From: Zygnema circumcarinatum SAG 698-1b
Taxonomy: Eukaryota > Plantae > Zygnematophyceae
Direction: 5' to 3'
NCBI GenBank assembly: GCA_037447605.1
Contig: CM074809.1
Coordinates: 734,689 to 798,688 of the forward strand
Length of the DNA stretch: 64,000 nucleotides
Numbering within the stretch: the first letter of the stretch is position 1; every line of letters begins with the position of its first letter. Below the pieces are notes generated by a model that was given only the letters and a program-made list of their open reading frames with translations, did no database searches and was not told where the DNA came from. Of this stretch, positions 11,865-26,611 are shown in pieces. Both the position numbers and the translations under genes were made by a program.

Positions 11865-12256
11865 TATGAAAGGTGGCCATACAGGGGACCCCCATGTTAT
11901 TTTCGCCATGGTTTCGGCAAATACTGGGCGAAAATATTGCAATTTGAAAATATAGGGTCCGTGTTACCAATTGGCGAGTTATGTTAGAGTTCATGTTTAA
12001 TCCGCAAGTATCGTACCGTATAATATTGTACCGTATCGTACCGCATCGCACAGTGTCGTATCGTGTCGTGCCGTATCGAAGCCAAGAAGGGGAGAGGAGC
12101 GAGCGCCTCTTACGGCGGCACGTGCGGGAAGATTCGGTGAGTTTTGCTTAAGCCCGTACAGTAACGGCTACAGTAGTACAAATAGTACGAATAGTACGGC
12201 TAACACAAAATTACCGTACAAAAAGGTGGTCGGCAAAATCGGGGCGAATTTCTTGG

Positions 12257-14080
12257 GGGTAACTCTACTGCACCCCCGCGTTTTGTCTTTCGCACCCCCG
12301 TTTTGAAAAAATTTCCTGCCCGTTTTGGTAACCCCCCAGTTTTGAATATTTCGGGAAAAAAAAAATTTCCCGCCCCTTTCTGTGAGAGGGGCAGAGGGAT
12401 GAGAAGCAAATTCACCTTCCACCCTTTCTCCCTCTTCACTGTCCATGGAAACTTCCCTCCTGGTGCCCGCAGCACTCTCACTCATTTTTCACTCACGTGC
12501 ATACACAACACACGAGAGGCGGAATAGAAAAACGTAGGAGAAAGCTCCCAGCCTAAAACTCCTTTATGATGACAAGCTTTCCAACTCAAGCCCCCATAAG
12601 CCTAGTCAAGCTTTCACCACATGATCACTTCACCTTCACGTGAGGCAGCTCTCCACACACGGAGACTCCTCACAAAGGTCCACCTCCTGTTGCCAAAGCC
12701 ATGCCTTCAAACTGCCATAGCCTTGCAATGCATATCAAGAAGGTTTCTAACTTACACACCCACTCTCACTATATAGTATGGGGCTGTGACGTGACCATGT
12801 CACGTCACACGCGCCGGGACCATGCATGCAACAACCTTATTCAAACAACCTAAATAAACTACTTCGTGTCTTGCTATGCATAGTACACCCAGCCTGGCAA
12901 CGTACCAACACCACCGCTCTAACCCAGATGGCCATGTACTCTACCGCCGAGCTGAACTTCCCGCCGTCACCCACAAGGACTATCTTCCGTACGCAAAGTA
13001 GGCTCCGCCGACTCCACCGACTTCGCCGCCTTCCGTCGCCGCGTCATTCCTCGATTCCGTACTCCAGGACCGATTTCTCGGTGCGGTACCAAATGTCGGA
13101 CTCCCGGCCGTACTGTCCGTACTGTCCGTACTGTCCGTACCGTTCGTACTGTCCGTACGGTCCATACTATCCGTACGGTTGCGCGGTCGGTCTCGCCGCC
13201 GCGCGCACGCTGAAGTAAGTCCGTCCCCATACATGTCACACCTAGAAGCACACCCCTAGGAACTAAGCGCCAACACAAACATGCTAATCTGAACTAACTA
13301 TGTACACTAACACTTTCGTCCCCTCCGCTGCCCCCTGTTGCGAAACGCGATAAGAGTAAATGTATGATCGTTTGTTTATGTCCGCGGTTGCCTTTTAACG
13401 GTAAAGTTTATGGGTGGGTACTGGGAGGTGTCGAGTTCGGTTGTTTTCATTCCCCCTCCCTTCATTATTTTTTGGACATTCCATCCCCTCGTTTTCTCCT
13501 TTTCACTATTGACTTCCAACAATGTGCGACAAAAGAAAAGGGGATTTGCATTGGTCTCAAGATGGTGAGGCCATCAAATAAACATGGACAAAGTCAACAT
13601 GGGAACCACAAGAAATTAGTCGCAAATAAAACAAGCACAAAATAAAAAAACTAGGAACAAAAAACTAAACTAAACTAAGCTTAAGTACAAAAACGCAACC
13701 TTAAACGCAACTGCAAAGGTCACCAATGTTGAGCAACTGTTACTCTCTGCTTTCAGGTTACCCCTAATTAAGGCAAGATCTTAAATTGTGGCCTGCTTGC
13801 TTGCAATTGGAACATTTTTTCCCTTCAGCGTACTCGAAATACCTCTTGTCCCGGCTGATTGCCAAACTGCGCGCGCCAGAAGGTCGACCTCGTTCCTTCA
13901 TAACCGGGTGAGGGTTTTGCAACCGCAATGGTTCGAGGGGGGGCAGCGGAGGGGACGACAGGGGCGGGAAAAAGATTTTTTCCCGAAATATTCAAAACTG
14001 GGGGGTAACCAAAACGGGCAGGCAAAATTTTCAAAACGGGGGTGCGAAAGACAAAACGCGGGGTTGCAGTAGAGTTACCC
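12257..14080. mobile_element. Mutator-like non-autonomous element nested in the MITE, 8-bp TSD
   Basis: Termini GGGTAACTCTACTGCA...TGCAGTAGAGTTACCC; ~150-bp TIRs; TSD TTTCTTGG at 12249-12256 and 14081-14088. Confidence 0.9.
12381..13312. mobile_element. Solo LTR (932 bp) inserted in the left TIR of the Mutator-like element
   Basis: Starts TGTGAG and ends CTAACA (TG...CA); 5-bp TSD CTTTC at 12376-12380 and 13313-13317. Its removal restores the left TIR match to the right TIR. TATATA at ~12769. Confidence 0.85.
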
Positions 14081-14159
14081 TTTCTTGGGGACGCACTGTA
14101 CAAGGTGGAAAATAACATGGGGGTCCCCTGTATGGATGTACGGCTGTACGAATATAAAA

Positions 14160-14330
14160 GGGACAATGCTACTGCAGCCCCCTATTTTGGTTATCCCACC
14201 CCCTATTTGAATTTTTTGCCCGCCCATTTTGGTTATCCCACCCCCTGTTTTGGATATTTCACCCCCTTATTTTGGATATTCCACTCCCCCTTGTTTGGAT
14301 ATTTCGGGAGGAGATATCCCCTCCCCTCCC
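14160..14330 (+). mobile_element. Orphan TIR-like segment related to the adjacent Mutator-like TIR
   Basis: Begins GGGACAATGCTACTGCAGCCCC (cf. GGGTAACTCTACTGCACCCCC) and is built of CCCCC..TTTTGG.TAT subrepeats. No partner TIR was found in the window. Confidence 0.55.
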
Positions 14331-14635
14331 TTGATGACCTCCAAGCGTTCAGACGCCCAGTGCGCCATTGCAAAAGCCAAAGAGCCATCCTCAACCAGCG
14401 GCGTCAATCAACAACATTCACCACTGTCCTAGGCGTGACCTTTAAAACGAGCACGTGTGAACGCACGTCCGAATTGTCGTTGTCACTGCGTCCGCGCGGC
14501 CGGCCCCATTCCGTACAGAACAGGCCCACGGCTGCTGCTAAAGCGCCCATGCAAACAATTTCGATGATTTGGCGCCTTTCTCCAGCGCAGTGTAGAGCAT
14601 CCAATGAAAATTCGTCACGTACGCAATTTTGTTCA

Positions 14636-14782
14636 CGTGGCGGGCTGTGATTGGACTGGCTCGAGCAATGGGCGAGCGGCCCTTGGTGTCCACTTCCAAA
14701 ACTTGAATTTTCCCGCGCGTCGCTCCTTGCAAGACAGACTTGGAGCCGCCTTTGCAGGAGGGCGAGCTTGGAGTATAAAAAG
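14636..14782 (+). promoter_or_regulatory. GH1 promoter: G-box/ERSE-type element plus TATA box
   Basis: CGTGG-N9-ATTGG at 14636-14654; TATAAAA at 14775, 77 nt before ATG 14852. Confidence 0.7.
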
Positions 14783-14851
14783 GGCGACATTTGCTCCACA
14801 CGGCAGCTCCTTTGCGTTGCTGTCTTGCCTGGAACACCCTTCAAGCCTGCC

Positions 14852-19613
<4,762 letters not shown>

Positions 19614-20498
19614 ACGGCAGCTCTGAGAATTGGTGACGAAGAACCATGCCATTCGCATGACATGAGAAATGGGTTACGGCATTTTTATTTTCTGAGTTAT
19701 TTTTGTGATTTACGTGCACTTCACCCGAGACGTCAGTTGAACAAGGTAGCATAGGACTCTCATTCGATTCCCTTCCATTCTTAACACCAGTTTTGCATTA
19801 TTGAGACAGCGAGGCAAGCGGCATTCAATTTTTAAGCATAGCGTGAAGACAGTTTTCACTTCATCATTTGACCCATTGCGGCAACTTTGTTCTTTGTTCA
19901 GTTATGCTATTTCTCGAAACCTGAAGAAACAGTCGATTGTGAAAGCTCATTTCAAATATGACTTCATAACTCTTGTGATCTTACTGCTGTCCTTGGAAAC
20001 AGCTTACGATAGCTTTCACAACAGCTTCATATCCAGCTAGTTCAAATAAGGCCTTTTTCCCTCGCGCTCACATCGAAAACATTTCCTTCCAAATTTAGCC
20101 TCGTTTCAAACTTCTTTCCCTTCTTGAACAGCTCAACCATGCACTTCAAATCATCTGGCACATGAAACTAATGGAGAAGACCAAAAAAAATATGGCATTT
20201 CTGGGCCCCGATTACATGAAATCGGGATCATACAGACACTCTCCAACACACTCATATTCAGATACTACAACTGCTTCTTCTATAGTCAATTTAACATATC
20301 CCATGTACGCCGCTCTCTCTCTTCACTGAAATAGCCGCTTCTATGTCCCCTACTCTACATCCTCCTCAAAGTTGAACGGAGTAACCCTAATCTTCTTCTC
20401 TTACAAATGCTGTCATTCGACTTTTGAAGCCTCCCCGCAAACTATCTTCTGGTCTACATCCTGCGAGTTAAGGCAAAAGGTTAGTTGGCATCCACATC

Positions 20499-22357
20499 CT
20501 ACTCCGCATCCCCGTCCTCTTCCTCCTCCACCTCTCCTCCACCTTCCATTTCGTCTGCTTTTACGGAGGACTGCTCCTCGTCCTCCTTCCTCTTCACGCC
20601 GATATGAGGGGCCAAAAGTTTTGTTATTCCAAACCCATTAAAGGTCTCCACCCCGAACAGCTTTTGCAGCCCGTCGTCACATAATATCCTCCGTTTATCT
20701 GATGGATCCTGCTCCCTCACATGCCCAAATTTGGCCCCCAATATGAACTGACCGAACCCAATCCAAGCCAACCCCAGGACTAGTGTGGGTTCAAGTGACT
20801 AAGGACCCTGGCCTCTAAAGGCTGGATAAGGCTGCCAGATTTTTAGGGTCTGAAGGCTTTTTGGGGTTAGGATTGTCTCACCTGCAGCGAATGTTCCTTG
20901 ATGTACATCCACATACGACGAACCACCTCATGCCTGGGAAGGCTCCCTTCCCCAGTTGCAAGAAATACTTGCAGCTGTTTCGAGAGTGGCTGCTCCGCTT
21001 TAAATCCTGAACCCTGTCCCCCCCCGCCCTCCCCTTTCGGTTTCTTCTCTTTCGGCATTTCTCCTGCGACACTCGAAAGCCACATTTACAATGAGATAAG
21101 CAAAGAGAATTCTCTCGCATCCTCGTCCCTCAGACAACCATGGTTCGACAAACAAAGGTGGGCCATCTCTCACATTGCCCTGCAAACTATTACGATGACC
21201 TAGTTCCTAATATAGAACAACAGGATGCAGAAATGAGTTGCTTTCACAGAGTCATCAACCAAACGCTCACCATTCTCTCCGGGCTTCGGGAAAATGTGTT
21301 TTGAAAGAAGCTTGTTCATCTGGAACATGTCTGTAGACTTTGTACTAAAGAGATCCTGCATAGTTGCGTCACAGTTGATCTTCCGCTTGTTGCTTGGATC
21401 TTGCAGTCCATGTTCTCTTATATAGCCCCACATTTCCTTCACTACCTGATGTCCCATGATTCCAAAAACATCCCACTCCTTCAGGAAAACTCAAATTGCA
21501 CCCCTGTGACATAATAAATAAAAAACAAGAGACTTCCAAGTCTGCAAGATAGCAATAAAGGCATACCTGAGTTCTGGGCATTTCTGATACTCCAAGTAGT
21601 TTCGATAACTTTGGCGATAAGCTGCAAACTTTGTTCAGTCCCCCACCTCCTCTCTTTTTTTTCTCCGGCTTTCTGTCAAGCCCATCATCAAAGAAGCCCT
21701 AAAGTCCATATTACGCAGTTGCAGGTACAATTAATCCTTCAATCCAAGCCAATTACGCATTTCATAAATGGCAAAAAAAACGCTGCCTGAGTGGGCATCC
21801 CTCTTGGATAAGATAGCTATGAGCCAACCTCCCACTCTTTAACTTTCGCAATGAAAGAATCGACTTCGCTTTGCAACAGCAGCATGGGCTTGCTAGTACA
21901 ATGTGTGAATTCCCCTCTTGGAAGTAGTGCGGCTGGGTCGATAGAATTTGGGTCAAAATAAAAATTAAAGACCCCTGAATTCCTTTGATGCAGGCATTAG
22001 CACGACAAAAAAATCAATGAACTGATAGATTCCTTACTCCTCCTTGGACTGCTTTGATTTCCGCTTCCGCGACGGCGCCGGTTCCTGCTCCTCTTCCTCA
22101 ACTTCCTCCTCCTCTTCCGCAGCCTCAGCCTCTACCACCTCCTCGACCCCTCCCTCCTCTTCCTCCTCTTCCTCTACCTTCTTGCGGTTCCTCAAAAAAT
22201 TTCCAACTTCTTGCCGCAAGAAGTCCTTTCTGTCGGCAAGACTGCAGCCAAACTCCTCCTCCAGCTGCTTCCTAATGATTCTTTCTGTGGTTACATTCAA
22301 GTCTGCTATCTTCAAAATGGCTAGAATTCTTTTCCGGAGTTCATCATCTGTTGCCAT
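20499..22357 (-). CDS. DEK-C plus two SWIB/MDM2 domains (UAF30/TRI1-like)
   Basis: MATDDELRKRILAILKIADLNVTTERIIRKQLEEEFG (DEK-C); SEMPRTQVVKEMWGYIREHGLQDPSNKRKINCD and LPRHEVVRRMWMYIKEHSLQDPSDKRRILCDD (two SWIB domains). Confidence 0.93.
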
Positions 22358-22497
22358 CGTGCTATATCTCCCCACCCTGCCTCTCACAACCTTGTCTCTC
22401 CCTCCCTTCTCCCCCTCTCTTTTCCTCTCCTTTCCCCTACTCTCCCTCTCCCCAGACGATTTCACTTGCCTCCTCCTTTTCTCGGCTTACCTCTTGG

Positions 22498-22548
<51 letters not shown>

Positions 22549-22859
22549 CACCGCAGCCGTTCGACTTCCCTTCAACACCTTCCCTGTCTTACCTCTCTCT
22601 TTTTAATGCCCTCTCTCCTCCTTTCCCTTCTCACTCAAAATCTCCTCCAACAATTTCTGAATCCCTCTCCCATTCCAAAAGATCCCAACATTTTCCCTTC
22701 AGAAAGGGAACGGCTGAACTGCTTTCAAAAGCATTCAATTCCGCACAAAATCGTCTCAACTAAGCTCCAGTTCAGAATTAAATAAAATACAAGGGGTAGC
22801 AACTTCAGAACATGGAAAATTAGATTATTTTCTTAAAATACTGGCAGCAGAAATTGGGA

Positions 22860-23400
22860 CCGCCACAAATCCAAACCCTAATTCAGCCCTCAACTATGGG
22901 GGAGGGGGCAGCTTCAGGGGCCTTGAAACACCGCCAAGTACCTCGAGTAAGAAAGTACCTTTTACCTAACAGACTAATCGTATGATTCGTACAACAGTCG
23001 TACCATTTTGAGCCGTTAGACTGTACGAAAGTCTCTTAGTTCACAGGCGCCTTGGTGTACGACAACGGTCATCTGTCCATTAAAACTGGACAAGCTACGG
23101 GGCACCATAGAATGCCCACGTGGCCCCAGGCAGTTTGGCACATGGGATTTTCTTTTATGACTGGACATGTGATGACGTGGTGACCTAAGACGCGCCGTGA
23201 TTGGTGGTTAACAGGTTGACGTGGCAAATCGAATGAGTCGATTTTATATGTCTCGCAGTTCCGTTTCACGTAGCCAGTTACGTTACTTTGACATGTGTAC
23301 GACGTGACGTGACACGTGTGCGCTTCGGTACAGCTGGTCCTAACTCGTAACCCTAACCCTAATTTTTGCCCTAACTAAACTCTAACCTTAAGCCGCTCTC
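22860..23400. promoter_or_regulatory. Divergent promoter between the SWIB gene and WDR70
   Basis: Telobox AAACCCTAA at ~22873 and an AACCCTAACCCTAA cluster at ~23349; several ACGT cores (CACGTGG, TGACGTGG, CACGTG). Confidence 0.6.
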
Positions 23401-23463
23401 CGCTCTGATTTTTTGCTTTGCACATACCGCTTTTGATTGAATCACTGAGAAGGGGTTTGCAGC

Positions 23464-26400
23464 ATGTCTTCGGACGATGAAGATGCGCGAGAAATGGTAC
23501 AATTACTGCTCTCGTTTGCTTGTGTCGCTGTGTACTTTTTTTGCTCTTCTTTGGTAACATTATGACTTGTCATGACATCATGGGGCGAGCAAAAGAAATG
23601 AAACGCTGAAAGAGGTGAAAGGATTCATAGTGGGAAGCCTCACTGTCTCAATAATTGTCTCGGTCTCATTGTTTCATAGGCTATGAAACGATAATAACGC
23701 GGATGTAGTTTTTCTTTCTTGGTAGAAAGAAATCCAAAACCAGTCCACTATAACGATGTCGTTGCAGAATTTTCTCTAGTTTAATTATGAAGCGAGGCGC
23801 TTACTAGCTGTCAAAGAAGGTGGCGATGGTAATTCAACTTATTGATGTTTATGGCATCCCTCGTTAAAAAATGATTGCAGGCCGAACTCCGCGCAAAATC
23901 AAAGGGGAGGACGGCCTCTGCACCGTCTGAAAATCTTACCGGCGGTAAGTTTGAGGTTTCAAGTTTGAGTCTCGTTGAGTTAGGTCCTGCAGATTGCACT
24001 CTTATCAGGAAACTAGTTTTTCCCATTACTTGAAAAAATACCGGTTCATAAGGTAGGTTATCCCTTAATTTTATGCGTTGCCTCTCCCAATCTTTCATGA
24101 AGTTGGACCTTTTCGAAAATATTCCAATTAACGGCCACAGCCGTATTTTGTAAAAAAAAACTAAGATGTTCAATGATCCCTCCTGAAACTCCGTCTGTGT
24201 GAAGTGGTGTTTCCTGCGAGTGTGATGTCTTTGACTTATTATTAGGAGAAAGTCCCAGCTCCCTTGTTTTATGCAACGGACTTGACGGAAGCTGCTGGTA
24301 AAAGACAATCCTAAGTGGCGTCAGCTTATGTGAACTTGATGATTGCAGGATCCCAATTTCGAACACTTGAAGACCTTCAAGCACGGCAGCGGCGTGTAAA
24401 CGAAACGGTATTCACATTCTTTGAGGATGCAGAAGAATTTTATTGAACCGTGTGAAGATTGTGATCATTCAAAGGACAGGGGTACAGAAGGAATCCTTCC
24501 AAACATGGAGCATTTTTTTCAGGATGACGGTGGGGGTTGTCTAGTCTTATTGCATGTTTGTGCTTTTGCAACCTCAATGACAAGCATTATATTTTTGCAG
24601 GGAGATTCGGCGAAAGGGGATGGGATTCTTACATCTGGAAATTGAAAATGTGATGATGCAGGTGAAACAATCTTCAGCATTTTTTGAAGATCATTCAAAG
24701 ACTGCTGAGCGTGGGAATGGCAGAAACGGGCATTTGGCGGAGCAAGTGAGCAACAGAGCAGAAGGGGTGAACAATGAGTCGAAGGAGGAGGATGATGATG
24801 ATGACGAGGTGAGGGCCCACTCTTCATGGCAGCTGAAGAAAGGGAATAAGAGGAAACGGAGGGAAGAAGGTGTGGTTGGAAAGGGCGAAAAATAGCATAC
24901 TTTCCATCTTGCAACGCACATATTCATCTTTCCTTTCCTACTCATCTCAGTCATCTCAATCCCCTCCCGTCCTCGCTCTTTCTGACACCCGCTTCCATAA
25001 TTTTTGGCCCATCCTCCTTCTACATCCCTTCCTCTAGAAAAGTGGGAAGAGGAAGTGAGTCGTCTTGTCATTGAGATTAGCCGTGCAAGGTTTAAACTGG
25101 GTCAGAGCAGAATTGATGTGTAAGTGGAGAAGAATACGCTTTGAACGAATGGAAAGGAGATGCTGCCCATTTTGCTGCTCTTTGTTGTAGGGCTTGATTC
25201 ATGCTTTCTTGAATGTGCATTGATTGGGAGTCAATGCTGGGAGGTGAGCGAAGAGTGATTTTTTTGGCAGGGAGCAGGGCCTCCAGGTCTACCTCCCGAA
25301 TCCTCAGTAATCGACGAGTCTGAAGTATACATGGGGCTAAGAGCAGCATTTCCGACAACTTTTGGAAAACAAGAGAGCAAGGAAGCTTCACTTGAAGCTG
25401 TGCATTTGCAAACAAAGAGAGTGGAAGGAGTGGGCCCCACGACTGCCAAAGGGGGAGGCCGAAAGGCGGGAAAAATCACGTTTGCCATTTCATCTAAAGA
25501 TAGGAATGTTGGTGGTCGTCAGGAGGATACATCTGTAGCAAGCAGAGAAGTAGAAAGGAAGGAGGAGCTATTAGGGGCCCCATTTGAACCGAAAGGTCTT
25601 GATATTCGAGATGGAAAAGATGATCATTTTGAGGAAGTTGAGATAGGGCCCCCTAGGCCCCCACCCGTAAAAGCTACGGAGGAGGATGGAGACATAGGGA
25701 AGGGAGAAAGGATGGTAAGGGACGAGGTTTTGGGAGGAATTGATAGTGGGATGAGGTCTAGGCTTGAAGAAGACGCAAAAGAGGAGGAGGAGGAGGACGA
25801 GGAGGACGAGGAGGACAGTGAAGATGACGAGGATGACGACGAATATAGAGTCCCATTGAGTAACGAAGTTGTTTTAAAAGGTCACCTCAAGGTGAGATGA
25901 TAACAACGATGCCATTGTTGGGACAAGTAGGAATGACGTAAACAAATCTCAGCTAGTGTTGCTCCTTTCCATGGAGAGCATTTGAATGGGGGCCACCATA
26001 AACGGGAACAGCGAGAGGCTAGAAAAAAAAAACCCTAAAAACCCTAAAACAGGATATGAGATCTCCAAAGCCAATTGGAGGAATTGCATAGAAGAACTCA
26101 CAGTAATTCAGCCTAATCAAATCGTTCAAGCCGTAGAACAACTTTGCAATGTTGAATAGAATTCGCTAAAATTTGCATCACTGAACACAATAATAATCAT
26201 AATAATAGCACTTTGTTTGGTTCTGATTGATTCTTTATATTGATGATAGCTGGTTTTAAACAAGGGCACAGTTGAACTCTTTATAAACTCGTCTATTTTC
26301 CCCTCTTCAAAGCGTGCAGGTAGTGTCTGCCCTTGCGGTCGACCCTACAGGATCACGTGTTCTTACTGGAAGCTATGACTACGGTATTCGCATGTACGAC

Positions 26401-26553
26401 TTTCAAGGCATGGATGCCAAATTGCGCTCTTTTCGCGAGTTGGAGCCGAGTGAAGGCCATCAGGTCCGAGCCATCAGTTGGAGCCCCTCCGCTGATCTCT
26501 TCCTCGCAGTGACAGGATCAGCCCAGGCAAAGGTTTGTTTTCAGTCTAAACTC

Positions 26554-26611
<58 letters not shown>

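Larger units (their letters stand above)
11882..14130. mobile_element. Tc1/mariner-type MITE with TA TSD; 417 bp after removing the nested insertions
   Basis: 23-bp perfect TIR CAGGGGACCCCCATGTTATTTTC (11882-11904 / 14108-14130), flanked by TA on both sides within a CCA-TA-TGG palindromic target. Confidence 0.85.

Noticed and set aside
12381-13312. Intact retrotransposon or coding ORFs within the nest
   Set aside because: There is only one LTR-sized unit, with no gag/pol or transposase motifs; ORFs such as PYCPYCPY derive from the 9-bp repeat.
26030-26050. CCCTAAAA repeats as a telomere or interstitial telomeric array
   Set aside because: Only two imperfect copies; better read as teloboxes.
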